A stretch of 64,000 nt of DNA from Hydrolagus affinis (lineage: Eukaryota). Positions 11,426 to 25,717 of this stretch are shown here, one piece after another (the stretch's first letter is position 1; the number at the start of each line of letters is the position of its first letter). The notes beneath the pieces were generated by a model. That model did not search any database, was not told the DNA's origin, and saw only the letters and a list, made by a program, of their open reading frames with translations. The DNA is taken from assembly GCA_012026655.1 (NCBI GenBank), contig JAAILG010000001.1, positions 310,001 through 374,000 on the forward strand. The letters run 5' to 3'. Position numbers and translations under genes: made by a program.

Positions 11426-14184
11426 TCCTGAAATGTGTCCCGTTCCAAGATCTCTGTCCACTTCATAACAGTGCAATGAAGAGGGCTTCCACATCTACAA
11501 AGTGTATGTTTCTATTTTCACAGACGCAGTTGCATTGCTGGGTGAATTGTGTGCATCAGGGGTCAATAGGCTCATTTCCTTCTTGTTGAGGTGCTAAATA
11601 GTAACCATCAAGGCTGAGCTTTGATTGAGTAGCACAAATTGTCAAATAGCGAATATCATGCTACAGTTTGCAACTCTAGTAGTTGGCATGAACAATTCCT
11701 ACATTATAAATCCTAATGTACATGACTCCAAAATTGTCCTCCCAACTACCAAGTTGGATCACAAGACAGTACATACTTTGATCGATACCTAATTTTTTGG
11801 ATAAGGCACCATTTCTCTTGCTATGAAGATATTCCTGTTATAAGGTAACCAGAGGAGAATGAAAAACAATGCATCAATTATTCATTTGAGACTTCTAGAC
11901 TGATTCAGTTCCCACCCAAAAAAATATGCAGTTGATACTATTGTTAGGCATTGGGGAGAATTCACAGTGAATATTTCTGCTACATGGCAGGAAAAAAAAA
12001 CAGAGGGTCAATGGCTCTCCCCTCTCTTCTACTTTTCTTAATGTTACAAACTGGCATTGGCAGAGGTATTGGGATCCAACTAATGTGAAATAATAGATAT
12101 AGCAGGTCAAAACTTACTTAAATACATAGTAAAGAACACCTCTTTATAGTCAAGATATTCTTCCTTATTTTCCAATGACTATTTGATTTGTTACAAGATA
12201 AAAGAACATAAAGCATAGGATGAGAAAGCCATTTGACCAATGAAATCTACTTGTTCCAGCACAGACCCTGTGTGATCCACCCTTTCATATGTCCTACTTA
12301 ATTTTATTTAATCTGCTCAATCCCAACAAACAGCCAGATTCTCACAAGGTTGCACTTTGATAAGGTCTATAAATGGTAGATTTTTTTAAAATAGAAAAAC
12401 TGTTACATTAAATTGTGAAAATGTAGAGGAATGATTACTAAAAAGAAATCTAAATTTGAACAAAAACAATCAAAGCTTTAAATTATGTAGGAATAAGATT
12501 TGCAATTTTCCATGACATGATGCAAAAATCATTTTGCATAAACCCCAACTTGAAGTAATTACTTGAAAATATTTTTGATAAGGTGAACATGTGGCATTTG
12601 TACATTTAGACTCAAAATGCTGAGTGCACAAGCATCAGAAATAACAGTACCATTAAAACATGCACATATTTCAGCTGATCATTCAAAAATTTAATTAGAT
12701 AAAATTACTGAGGAAAGTGAGTATGAAACACTCTAATGCATCTGTAAAATCACACAGCATGCAGTGAGTATGAAAAAATATATGAGATGCTTACTCTCAC
12801 AATAAATTCACCAATTAAGTATTTTGAGTAGTCTTGTTGAAAGGAAATAAGCATATCTATCCTTCCAGAACAGTGTGGCTGTCCTGACAATATTACAGCA
12901 ATGTTCTGCACACAATTTACATATAAAACTACAGATGGACTGATGCAAGCCTTGATTAGACTTGTGTTCCACTACAGTGCAAGGTCTATTCCACGTACAA
13001 CAAGCAGATATTTGTGTTGAAATACTTTATTTATAAGCAAATTTAGATGGTTAGTATATGTTTCTTAAAAAAATCCCTATTATAAGCTGCGGCTGAAGGG
13101 TGATTGTACAAATGTCCTGCAGCGTTCAATCATTCCTTCATTTTAATGTCTATTTTATGATTTTATTGATGAAATACTGCTTACTCTGTGCTCAGAATTC
13201 CTTTTAGGCTGGAGGCAGAGGCTAGCTTGACACGGCCAGTCATATATTATAGCTATATATTTTAACTCACTGTAGACCATCGAGGTTGAAATTAGATAGT
13301 ACCCAGGAAGGTTTACAAATATGAGGGATAAATTTACTTGTATTTATTTATTTAGGCAGTTCATGTCTCCATTTCTTTATTCTCTATTCTTATCAATCAA
13401 TTTATGCCTAAAAAATGATGCACAGTCAAAACACGCTGGACCAAACATGTATCAAATCAAAACACTCTTCTGCTTGATATCTGAAGCCACGGCCGCCAAA
13501 CAGAGTCATTCACAAATAGAGTGGAGGCAATACCTTTTGTTTTATGTCAATGCAGATTTATAGTACAAGAGCTCCTGCGATTGTTCAGATACTTTCATTG
13601 TTTTTTTTCCCCAACTGAGGAAAGAACCTGTACAGGTTTAAAAAGCTGTTTTCAATAAATCTGTTGGGGGGAATAAATAATGGTATTTCCTGAATATAAA
13701 TGTGCATATATAAATACTGTATGTACGCATGTACAGGGAGAGAAATGGCAGGTGAGAAACGGGAGGTGAGAGTAAACAATTATTTAATGATTTAAATGAT
13801 TTTGCTGTGACATTTTTTTTCTTGAACAATCCGATGAAACTGACAAAGAGAAAACACAGGATCAGAGATCTCCTTTTAAGTTCAAAACTTTCAACTTATT
13901 GTTTAAATTTCTAAAACATTAGAAGGGCCAAGGACCAGTCACGAATAAGGAGAATAGGTGGGGATTATTTCCTATCACACTCGGCCATGGATAAAAAGGG
14001 CTGTATTATCTCACAAACAAAGATGATGGTGAGTTGCTAACAGTATAATGGCTCTGGAGTCTGCTGTAATTTTTCTAAACAATCATTCCATTCATTTTAC
14101 AAACTGATCAATAACGTGACTAATTTTAGAGTCATATATCAAATGGGCCACAATCTGTTAGATATCCCCATTAAACTCAGTTGA

Positions 14185-14390
14185 TCGCACTCTGGCCTAT
14201 GATGCTTATGGCCGTGGCTTCTGCTTGCATTCCCATGTCAGGACTTTGAACTCACAATCGGTTACACTCCAATACAATGCTGGGTGGGTGTTGCTTTGTA
14301 GAGTGAGACATTTAAGCAAAGTTCTGTTTCTTTATGTTCAGATGGATGCATTATTAACATTATTATTTGAGGGTCGTAGGACAACAACAC
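14185..14390 (+). mobile_element. Highly decayed Deu-domain SINE
   Basis: GCACTCTGGCCT...ACACTCCAATACAATGCTG...GTGAGACATTTAA...GTTCAGATGGATG are collinear with better-preserved copies. Confidence 0.4.
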
Positions 14391-17300
14391 TCAGTTAATT
14401 CAGAAATACAGTACTCCTGATAACTCAACCGCAATTATTTACCTATTTATACATATGCCTAACTCAACACTGATCCCTTTTCTCTCAGAGTGTCAAGTTA
14501 TCAGGAATTTACTGTACAATGCCAAATAAAATGTACATTTTTAAAATGCCGTGTAACATTAAAATAACAAATGGGTGCAAAACCCTGCATGCATGGGCTT
14601 TTAAACTCAAATGCTTCAAACAGGAGGTTTTTTCGCCAGAAAGGTAGGACTATGTATGTTACAGGCAGGTAAATCAAAAAGACCTGCATGGGAATTTCAG
14701 GTTTATTTTGAGGCCATATCAAACAGGTAGTTTGAAACCATGTATAGCCTCAGCGGACATCCTCGTGTGTGCGCTGCTGGCAAACATAGGCAACAAAATG
14801 GACCCCCCATATGAGCTAGGAGGTTTTCTACTTCATCATCAAGAATTGTTCTCCAGAGTCAATACTGAAGGGAACATTTTTAAAACATGTACCATATGTG
14901 CCCAAGAAGAGCCTAATTTGTCCATTTTGAAATTCCTATGTATTTTGAAAGGTTAGTTAATTCAAAGTAATTTTTCTACAGGTGAAGCTTTCTTCAAAGT
15001 ACTCGATGCATCACCCTCAGTTCTGTGAGTAATTAGAAATTGTCATGTAAGATAAATGCCACAGTTCATGTAAATAACTATTTACCTAAAGGAAATGCGA
15101 ATCCACAAGAGTCAGCATACATTAATGAGGCATGACAATAGAAAAAGTCAATGGTAGAATGCGTCTGTTTGAAGCAGACATCGCTGATGGTAAAAATTGG
15201 GCAAACAACCATTATTTGTTTTTACTTGTCAGAAATAATGTAGCTTGAAAATCTTCAACAAGCAACGTGTGGTCAGACCATTTGTTACATCTAACTGCCT
15301 AATTGTTCTCCTGGCAGAAATAAAAAATTAGAGCACTTATGTCATTTGCCTAAATTTCTAATTAATGTTACAGTATCAGAGAATCTGGAGTCGAGGAAAA
15401 AATGTTGGGTGAAAAATGCCTTAGTGAATGTTCACATAATTTGTCTTTGTTAACTTTCTACCATCTTTTCCCCCTCAAAACAGCAGGTGTTCTAATCACG
15501 GTAAGTATTCTCTTTTTCAAAAGAAAAAGCTATTGTATATCATTGGTTCTAATCCGAAGGAAACAAGACTTCTGCCATCCATCTGCTAAAACTCCCTCAA
15601 CCCAGCTCTGCTAAGTTTAAACACAGAAGGTTACTGAATCTCAAACTATAGGGAAAATATCTTCCTACCGGGGAGCAGTTTGCAGCAAACAGCCTGCAAT
15701 ATGAAAATGTATTTAATGCAATTAATAATTTAAGATCTGAGAGCATGTGCTCGTGGAGAGTTAAATGCTTGTCAGAGTGATAGATGCATGCTTCACCACC
15801 AATACATTTCGTCTGAAGAGCAGAGGGATTTTGCAAACTTGTGCTGACCTTGGACTTCAGTACATAAGAGGCATATTGCAAGACAGCCCCATTCCTATTA
15901 GAGCAGTGCAGCAGCTCCCAATTTACTGCCCTTATACCAATTAAAATGCTGTAAAAACATTAAAATTAATGCAGTCTTAACTCCTGTAGCAGGCCTACTT
16001 TCCCTCTTTCTTAATTAGTGCATAATTATTCAAATTTTGATATCCTGGAAAATTATCACATGGAAATTATTTTAGGAGCTGTAACAATAGCAAAAAAATC
16101 CTTTCCCCAAAACTCTATTAACATGTGGAAGTAATTAACAGTTAATTACAGTGGAAATACTATTACTGTTAATGTTTAATGACTTTTGCCATCGACGGGT
16201 AAGCAGGAAATTCAGCAGTCAGTACTGCACTGTCCTTCTGCGGAATGCACCACAACCAACTTGAAAAGATTAGGCAGTGACTCCATTTAAGATGATTCAC
16301 ACTAGAAGCAATTATGATTCTGTGGCTACATAAGGGTTTAAAAGGTCATTGCTCAGGAAATATCAATGCATGTAAACTAGCATAACATATTCCACTCAGT
16401 GAAAGTAAAAAAGCGAGGAAAGATCACTTTACTTTGTCTTAATTAACCAGCTCTGCAGTTTCCCCAGCAAAGGGAAAAAAGAAAATCTTGAGCAGGTTCA
16501 CAACATGCTCTGTACTGTAATTTACTTTGTTTTAATGTCCCATAGTGAGGTGTTTACTTGTGCTGAAATCCCAAGACTATTATTAGAAAACTATGTTTAT
16601 ATGAAAATGGCAGATTGCTTTGAGTGACTAGATGCCTTAAATCAACACTGTTTTAAAACTAATAGGTGCTAAAAATTCCTTAAAATAATAAAGCAAAAGT
16701 CACACTTTCTGATAAATAATAAATATACAAGGTCCTTAACCCATATTTTATGGGTTATGATCTGTTAGTTAGGTTAGTGTTAGCAAGTTCTAAAAGCACA
16801 TTGTTCATAAAGTCTCAATGGGCTAGAAGCAAATGAACCCAGGCTCATTTCATATTTAAGTGAAATATTATCTTCTCAAATTGTCTCCTGATCTCCCAAC
16901 ACTTACAGACAAGAAGAGCAAACTGCACTTTGCTTCACAAACATTCTCTGCGACTGAAAAACAGAATCCACATCCAAAGCACAAACTGAATGTGTATGTG
17001 TTGAATGGCACTGCTACACGATTGTTTCATTTCACAACAATTCTGATTTATGTTTCTTATAAATATTTGATTCATATTCAAATCGCTGATTTGACTCCTC
17101 CGCAAAGTGCCTCAGATTAAACCCAGCCTTGATTGACATTTGAACTGGGTTAGCCTCTAATATTAAGATTTGCTGGTTCTCTGCCAGCCCGTTGATTGAG
17201 TGTCTCATGATAACCATATGGTCCATCTCATTCCAAGCAAAGTGACAAAGCACAGCTCCATGAAGAGTGGTCATAGTGCACATCATTCTTCTTCCCTGGC

Positions 17301-17439
17301 TGAATGAGTGTGGGAATAACAAAAATAATAATAATCCTTGCATTTGGAAGAGCAAGATTGATTTAAGGCATCTAGTCACTCAAAGAAATCTGACATTTTC
17401 ATACAAACAGATTTTTTCTCATAATAGTGCTGGGATTTG

Positions 17440-17765
17440 GGTAATGTCAACCTGGCATTGTCAGAGGTGCCATTGTCCAGGTAGACGTTAAAGATCCTAT
17501 GGCACTTTTTGAAAAGTGGTGGGATTTTCTTCCAGTGTCCTGGTCAATTCACCCCACCAAAAAACAAAATTGGTCACTTCCTCCATGGCTGTTTGTGGGA
17601 CATTGCTTTGAGCATTTAGCTGCTGCATTTTGCCCACAAAACACATAGTGAATCCAGTTATTCTGCATGTTTCCTGTGAAGCGCTTTGAGACGTCTGTCT
17701 TGATGACATGATAAGAAGCTATATCAAATGCAAGTTTTTTAATACAGTAATTATTATTGTTGTTA
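17440..17765 (+). mobile_element. Deu-domain SINE, 3' two-thirds with tail
   Basis: GTTAAAGATCCTATGGCAC...GTGTCCTGGTCAA...GCTGTTTGTGGGACATTGCT...GTGAAGCGCTTTGAGACGTC...CTATATCAAATGCAAG. Confidence 0.7.
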
Positions 17766-20700
17766 TAGTGGTCTAATAAGTGAGGAGGACTGCACAAAGT
17801 GTTTCACAGATTTACTCTAAAGTGTAGTGACTGTATTTTGTAGCCAACACTGTCTTTGTTAGGAATACAAATAAAGGAGATAAAGCCCCCAAAAGACCAA
17901 ATTAGATGTTAAATGCTGTTGAAATAAAATACTGTAAATTCAAAAGCTGCATGTTAAACTATTAAATGTTTCTATGAAGGTGTCATGTGCACTTCTTAGT
18001 GCATTTAAAGTAGAATATTACTTGGCTATACTACAACAACACAGGATTGTTCTTTCAACAGCAATGCAAGCATCCTTTTGTTGAGTATTCACGTTGCTCT
18101 TGAGTGAGGAAAAGGCACTGCAAGTACACACAAAAGAATGAATCATAAGCTCCAAATTTGTGAAATGTGGGAGGGCTGTGTTTTAATTTGTAAACTTTAA
18201 AAGTAAAGCAGAATAGATCTATCACACAAGGCGTGCCATTTGTGGGAGAGAAATACAACCTCTTTCTGGTCTACCGGTATTAAAATTCCACCTTCTTTGG
18301 TGTCCGAAGATTCTCAAACTGCATTTGTTTCGATAATTCTGATTATCAGTTTACAAATAGCAAATCTGTGACAAAACCAGCAAAGTCTGACAGAAGACTG
18401 GTGAGCAAAACCTTTGTTTGGTTTGTAAATATCCTTTTTTTTCCCCCATCTCATTCTTAGAATGTCACTTCTGATGACACAGCCAAAGTCCTGCAAGGTT
18501 ATGACACTTGGATCGGTGAGAGATCTCTCACCGAACACTCAATTTCATGAGGACAGTTTGTTGATATGTAAATACGTAGTGGGAGGCCTCAAAAGTTAGT
18601 TATGCAAATAGAAAATTGGTCCCATTTTAGCTGATAATTTATTGCAACAAATTGATCCTCAGAGACTTAAACACAATCCTATCCATTACTTTTCAGGCTT
18701 CCAGTTTACTTACTATTACAGCCTTTAGTGCAATGGTTACATCTTTGCATAATTGCACTTGGAGTACGAAACCTATATACAGTATAATGTATTTTTCTTT
18801 TCCTTTCAAATGTGGGGGATATACAGTACTGGTTTTAAGATTTCTTTCCTATTTTCCTATGACAAATAATGTTTCTGATTCTACGTGCTTTCCAAGTGCA
18901 AGTCTGATAACACTGCGACAAAGGTGCTTCCACACAATGCAATACATATTTATGGTATTACTTTCATCCCGGGGGTTATCACTTCTTCTGCTCAAGATGT
19001 TCACGCTAATCTGAATGAGATTCCTGTTAACATATTTACCACAACTAGTGTGTCATTCACCTCGTCCAAGGTCCGTTTCAAGACCATGCTGTTGGCCTTC
19101 GTTTGCCCTTCCCAATCCTCAGCATACCTCCCACCACCAACTCGGGGGCCAAGCCGCAACTGTTAAACACCCTGGGACATTTTTTTTCCCAATATGGTAC
19201 AAATTGATCTTTTCACATATAAATGTCATTGTATTTCATGTACCGAGATTTATTTGTCAATGTACACCTGGAATACCACCTTAATACAGTATTCCAGGTT
19301 TTCTCATCATTGTGATTACATTTCCTAAAATGGGCACATACAGTTTGTTCAACATCCATGTAAATATAGCCCAACTACTGTATTAACAGGAGGAGAGCAC
19401 AAGAAATACTCGCGGTTCTATGTGCTTCTGCATATTAGTGCAGATCACAGTATTTTAGGAGTGCAATTCACTGCAACTCTCTCCTTTTCTAATTTACGAG
19501 TCAAGTGTGGTCAGTGTTACACAGCGCTTTGCAAGTTGTTTTCCCATTGTAGTAGAAATAATTTTGATTTTGAAAGTATATGGATATCATATGACTATTT
19601 TGTTCCCCCTCTCTTAGTCTTAGTAGATTCCACTTTGCGTGGCTGCACAGATATTTACTTTTGGGAGCGTCAGAATTATTGCTGAAACAATGCACCATTA
19701 AAGTACATTCAGATACTAAAACATTGCACACTTCCTTTTTTGGGGGATTGCTATATCATCGATGTTGCTAGACTCTGGACTCGGGTGCCTCATGTACCCT
19801 CTTATTAATGTGCAATTATAAGCTTTTTTTTAGTTATACAATTACTGACTTTAAGGGTGATGGGAGCATAGGGCACTGCAGCACTCTCAAGTAGTGGAAA
19901 GCAGGATCGCAGCTCAAGGTATGCAGTATAACTGTTCCATTAGTCATTTATTTATTTTGACTTTAGAAAGTAAATCACAGCAAATCTAGCTGCCGAATTT
20001 CAATAAAAATACAAATTTTTTTAAGCTAAATGCAAGTTTTTTTTGGTAACTACTTGTGTTTCCATTGAATCTCCAACAGGAATGCTGAGTATTTTTTTTC
20101 ATTTAATATCAGAAATCGTTTGATGTAAGCAAGCCCAAAAGCAACATTTTTGAATGTCAAAAGCTATTTGGAAGTGGTTGCCAACCTTCCTTTTCTTTTA
20201 TTTAACATTTCTTTATATATTAATGTGACTCGACAGCAGTATCATATAATTTATTAGTGAAAAAATCCCCAAATAATCTTGAATATCTTAACGTTTTAAC
20301 CAGTTATCTTAAGCACCGCCCTTAGAGACCAAGTTCTCTTGCAGTCAATCATTTATTAATTACCTATTTCTAAACCTATGCAATTTGGCATTGGCATTCT
20401 TATCATATGTTTGTACGATCTCCAAAATTACATAAGAAAGAAATTTCAAAGACCATAAATTGTTTTCTGCAGCAAGACACTCCTCTTAAAATATCTTGAC
20501 TGCAGGGCCAAATATCTGAATGATAGCTCTCTTGGGCATTATTCTGTATATAAAATTATAGTGTCATAATAATGCCGGTTTATTTATGTGCACCCAGAAG
20601 TAAGCAATTTCCTGTAAAGTCTGTAGAGTTTTAGATTTTTTTAAAATCAGTGCAGCTGTCATTATTCAGACTATATAAACCCACTCTGTAGGAGTTGAAT

Positions 20701-22354
20701 GAAGTGGCAGTATTGCACTCAGAGCTTTACACTTCCTGTTCCGTCCCATTTCAAGCCATGTAGCACTTTGACAGACAGCTGAAGAAATCTGCATAAAGGA
20801 AGAGTAACTGACAGCCAGGGTCAGGCTCTCTCTGTTTAATGACACTGCCAGTTACACATTTTGAATTGTTTAAATATGAGTCTACAGTTTCAACAATCAT
20901 CATCTCACTGGTTCCACTTTTCATACCCAACAGCCAGGAAACTGACACGTAATTACACACTTACTGATGGTATCGCCAGTGCCGATAATTAAAACTGCCA
21001 CAAGAGGATTGCTATTGCTATTCTACAGCTGGGATGTTGTCAAGAGGTGGAAACTCCAGCAGCTTTTAACACTATCTTCTTAAAGTTGGGCCACAGGCAC
21101 CAATGTTGAAGTAATGGAAAGGCCTCAGCACATCATTCACAATGTCTCACACAAATGAAGAAAATCTATTAACAATCCAATAAGTGAAATACAAACACAA
21201 TGACCTGAGGGTTAAACAGTCTGGGTGGACTAGTACTTGTTTCTGCTCTTCATTGTTCATTTTTCTTTTCACATTTACAGTGTAAGGAAAGTATGTTATT
21301 GCCTAATATACCACAAAATGTTGTTATAAATTGCTAGCACTTTCCTTTTTGCAAATGCAAAATCATTTAGTTTCAACCTTGCGCCATCAAAAAAGTCAAG
21401 CATTTCCATAATTTATACACACAACTCAATTACAGTCCCAGTGCTATGAATTAAGTAACACTTTGGTGAAAGGCTACTATTTCAGTTTGAGTTATGCTTT
21501 GTGAACACTTAAAGTGCGACTTTGAAGCCAATTGACGTTCACAATAGATTTTAAAATGGTGTAAGCATTCAAATTAGCTCTTTAAACAGTGATTAGGAAA
21601 AGCAATTTTTTCCCTCAATTTTTCTAAATATTTAGTCAGTACAGCTAAATATGAAATTATCACAATAAATAAGGTATATGAGAACCCTTTTTTGTTGCAA
21701 AATTATTCTCTTTAAATACTTTGGAAACATTTTTACCTGCTTATTACTTGAACTATCCAATTTCTGTACATTTAATTGAAATAAAGCTTTGAGTCGTGAT
21801 TTAAATTTATTTAAAAGTAAACCAAAATGTCATATCTTACTTTAAATTAAGTTTGATTTAAAGAGTTTTCTCTGTAACAAGAGCTAGCAATTTGCAAATC
21901 TGCACTTCCTCATCCTAATGTTATTATTGTCCAGCAATAGAAGTAAAGTTATTGAGTAGATCTATAAATTAAAAGAACCCTTGGTTGAAATTGAATGCTG
22001 ATTTTAAACAGGGATCGGAAGTAATGTTCCAAAAATAATTTCATATAAATGAAAAATCAAAGGCTTCTTGGATGTAATATCCATGCTACTGTTTACCGAC
22101 CATTCATTTAATCATTCTGCTTCCTGATATTTTTGGTGTGGGGGAGAAAAAGTAAAAATTACAGGATGAGAAGTGACTTGATCACAGACCTCTACCAATC
22201 TCATTCTTTACTTGTCTGCTGGGAGCTGCACAAACACAGCTCGGAAGAGTGTCTAGCCTTCAATTTATTCCCGTGTCCCACGGGGGAAAGCACTTGGCCT
22301 CTATTTGGTACCTCTCCCTGATGGTGTGGCCATGGCTGGAGACTCGCTGTGAAG

Positions 22355-22780
22355 ACTGGCTCATTTGGTAACACTCTTGCCTCTGATTCAGAAGGTTGTC
22401 GGTTCAAGTACCACATCAGGAGTTTGAGTTGGTAGTCCAGGATGACGTTCCAAAAACTGTTCAGAGGAAGCACTGTCTGAGCAGAGGTGCTGTCAAATGG
22501 ATATTAGAATATCCTGTTTAAATATCAAAATGAGTTCCTGGTTTCCTAGTCAACATTCCACCCAGATAAAAATGGTTGGTCACTTCAACAAGAACAACAA
22601 CAAAATTACATTTACAGAGAGCTTTCACTTCGGGAGGACGTTTGTGAGGCTTTGTGCAAATTGGCTGCCAAATTTGTTTACAAATATGCCACTATATTGT
22701 ACAGTAAAATCCTGTGAATTGATTTTAGGCATTTTGATGGCATGATAAGATGCTAGATCAACTGTAAGGATTAGTATTTT
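22355..22780 (+). mobile_element. Near full-length Deu-domain SINE interrupted by an antisense L2 tail
   Basis: Head TGGCTCATTTGGTAACACTCTTGCCTCTGATTCAGAAGGTTGTCGGTTCAAGT (A and B boxes). Resumes after the insert with TGTGCAAATTGGCTGCC and a decayed tail. Confidence 0.7.
22586..22652 (-). mobile_element. L2 tail-only insert nested in a Deu SINE
   Basis: CAACAACAAAATTACATTTACAGAGAGCTTTCACTTCGGGAGGACG. Confidence 0.75.
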
Positions 22781-23374
22781 TATCAAAACAGATATGGAAA
22801 TAAATTCACAATCCATTCACAGTTTAATTGTACTATTTTGGACCCTACTGAAATTCTTCTCCCAAAAAAAGCATATTTCACAATAACTATGGAAATAGGG
22901 TCATCTCAGTTTATTTTTGCTAGTATATTGTAGATAACATTCTGGATGTCTTGTTAAAAATTTTCAGGAGGTTAAGTTGGATGGAATTATATAATATGTG
23001 CCTTTCTTTTGGTCTGGAAAATCCAGCTGAAATGAAAACATTAAAATGTTTGTTTAAGAAGTTTGAATTAAAAAGACGTTGTGTTTCCATGGAAATGCAA
23101 TTGCATAAAGTAATACTTGAAATTATGATTAGAAAGGGTGTAGACACCACACACTGTAGCCAATTTACCAGTTCTTCACTGCCAAGTTTATAGTTCAAGA
23201 TGACTGTATAACACTCAGAGGTGGTTTGTAACAAAAGTCAAAATTAATCAGGGTTTGGAGCCCTTCTGGATTATCAAGTTATAGTGACAACAAAAATGAA
23301 ATATAACCTGAACCTTTTTGTGATATTCAATGCAATTTGATTAAATAGAATTAACTTTAACCAGGATAATTGAT

Positions 23375-23483
23375 GTTTCGCCCAAAAATATACAGTCAAT
23401 TCACTTTACAGTATATTCTGTGAAGCACTTTGAGACGTCTAAAAGACATAAAAAGGGCTGTATGCAAGGATTATTACTATTAT
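23375..23483 (+). mobile_element. Family A SINE 3' fragment
   Basis: TTTCGCCCAAAAATATACAGTCAATTCACTTTACAGTATATTCTGTGAAGCACTTTGAGACGTC...TGCAAGGATTATTACTATT. Confidence 0.8.
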
Positions 23484-23799
23484 CAGTATTAACCCTAGCT
23501 AATAATACATTGCTTGGAAATGACTGAGGTACTATTGAAACATGATAGAAATCAGTTATTAGCCAGCCCCTGAGATTGTTCAGGTAATTTTAGTAACAAT
23601 GATATGCATAAATTAGTGCAAAATGTTCAGAGACCATGCTGACAATGATTTGTAGATTCCCAGGTCTGTCCTACCTGAGGAAACAGAGCTAACCATTTAT
23701 TTTTTGCTTTAAAATAAGACTACATCGGTTCACCAGCTAAGCCTCATGTCGTTGAACTCTCATGCTTTCCTGTCAGTTTATTGAACAATATTAAAAAGG

Positions 23800-24195
23800 T
23801 GTACTTATGTTATAGTGCCCGAAAATGATTCAAAGTGGTACGGTACACAGATCGCATTACGTTCAAATGTAGTGACTGTTACGAAGAAACAAACACAAAC
23901 ACAGCAAAAGTGAGCAACTCATCCATCTTTTAGTAAGTTTGTGTGAGAAAAATATTGGCCAGAATTCAGGGAGAGCTGCCTACAACTCTTCAAAATAGCT
24001 CTATGGGATCTCTAAATTTCACTACAACAGGCAGACAACATCTTGATTTAATGTCTCATCTAAGGAGTGGTACTGGCAACAACATAGTGATCTGTTTGCA
24101 GTGCATTGGAGTGTTAACTTGAATGAGCAACTCAAGTCATGTTTGTGGGGCTCAAACCCAATACGTTTTGAACAAAGGCCAATAACTCAGCTAAA
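23800..24195 (-). mobile_element. Decayed Deu-domain SINE
   Basis: ATATTGGCCAG...TCTTCAAAATAG...ATGGGATCT...TTTAATGTCTCATC...GCAGTGCATTGGAGTGT...CTCAAACCCA are collinear with the reverse of the 22355 and 17440 copies. Confidence 0.55.
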
Positions 24196-24794
24196 CTAAC
24201 TCTGAATCTATTATCCTTCTTTCTTCCGATGATTTACTAAAATGTAAAATGCAATACTGAAGTTAAAGTAAAATAAAGAGGAACACCATTTCTTTTTTTT
24301 TAAAGTGCCACAACTCAGACCTAATTTCAAGCTGAATGTGCAAGAATAGAGAATCTGACCTCATCCTGGAATTTGATGAAATGCCGATAGCAGAATATGC
24401 CAAAAATCCGAAAAGTTGGCTGCGAAGCTCATAGCAACAATTAGCTAGAGCAAAACTCTTCCCCACTCATTCTATACTCGCCCAGACTTACACAATGGAA
24501 ATCTCACGGATCGCTGTAATGCGCTAATGTTTCCCATCCGGACTCGTAACTTATGAACCCTGTTACGAATACTGTATTTTACCTTCACAGAATAACAATG
24601 TTGGAATAACATAATCTCTGTCACTATTCCAAGCTTGACCTTTCTCACCCTATTCCCAAATATCTGCACCATTCCTATCTCAGTGTGAAAGCTTTCAGAT
24701 GGATCAACCTTCTGTTTCCTGCTGTGCTCCCTGGTCCCAAACCAGTTTTTCCTTTCACCAGAGAAGCAATAGTAATTCAGCACCCCACTCCTAC

Positions 24795-25155
24795 CCACCT
24801 CTGTGACCTCCTAACCCCCTAACAACTTTCCCGTTCCCTCTGCTCAGCGGGCTCCAGCCTGTTCCACGTCCCTCACCCCACCAGCCCCACGATCAACAGG
24901 CAAGCCTTCAGCCACTCTGCCCCCAACCTTTGGAATTCCATCCTGCAATCCCTCACCTTGCCCCCTCTCTAGCCTCCTTCATGTCCCGCCTCAAGACCCT
25001 CCTCTTCAACCGTGCCATCGATCACCCCCTTTCCCCTCCTTCCCTCAACCCTCCCCGATCCCGACCCCAGATTTGGTCAGAATCACTGACTGGCCAGCAC
25101 CTTGGGATGTGCTCCCGACATGAAAGGTGCTATACAAACGTAAGTTTGTTGTTGA
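24795..25155 (+). mobile_element. L2 LINE 3' fragment
   Basis: Encodes decayed AFSHSAPNLWNSI...SFMSRLKTLLF (L2 ORF2 C-terminus). Similar to 42960-43288 and ends ACAAACGTAAGTTTGTTGTTG. Confidence 0.85.
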
Positions 25156-25234
25156 TTCAGGAAATGCTGGCCTTTGTAAACATGTCACTGTGGTAGTTTG
25201 GATTATTGAAGTAAGTTAAATGTGTGGAATAGTT

Positions 25235-25365
25235 ATAATAATAATAACAATAATAATAATCCTTGCATTTGATATAGCACCTTGTCATGTCTTCTAGATG
25301 TCTCAAAGCACTTCACAGAAAATAATGTGAAGTGAATTGTCTTTATGTTATGTGGGCCAATGTTA
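25235..25365 (-). mobile_element. Family A SINE 3' fragment
   Basis: (AAT)n CCTTGCATTTGATATAGCACCTTGTCATGTCTTCTAGATGTCTCAAAGCACTTCACAG. Confidence 0.85.
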
Positions 25366-25576
25366 CCATTGAAGATGGCTTCTGTAATACTATTGTGAAA
25401 GTACTCTGCACCACAAATACCATTGGTGCCATAGTGGACATGTAAGAGCACCACTACTGACAACTGAGATGAGAATACTTAATACTTCATACTAATACTA
25501 GCTGTGTTCTTGTCAGTCAACTATGCTGCCTTCATGCCAAGGAGCCAATTAGCCAACATTCTGATTTTCAATAATC

Positions 25577-25717
25577 TGCTAAAGGACAGAGGGATTAAAG
25601 GATATGGGGATAGGGCAGGTCAAAGGAATTAAGTTAGAAAATCAGCCACTAAATGGCAAGGCAGACTCGAGGGGCCAAATGGCCTACTCCTGCTCCCATT
25701 TCCTATTCTTCTTATGC
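25577..25717 (+). mobile_element. CR1 LINE 3' UTR/tail
   Basis: GGATTAAAGGATATGGGGATAGGGCAGG...GACTCGAGGGGCCAAATGGCCTACTCCTGCTCC...TTCTTATG, a typical shark CR1 terminus. Confidence 0.75.
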
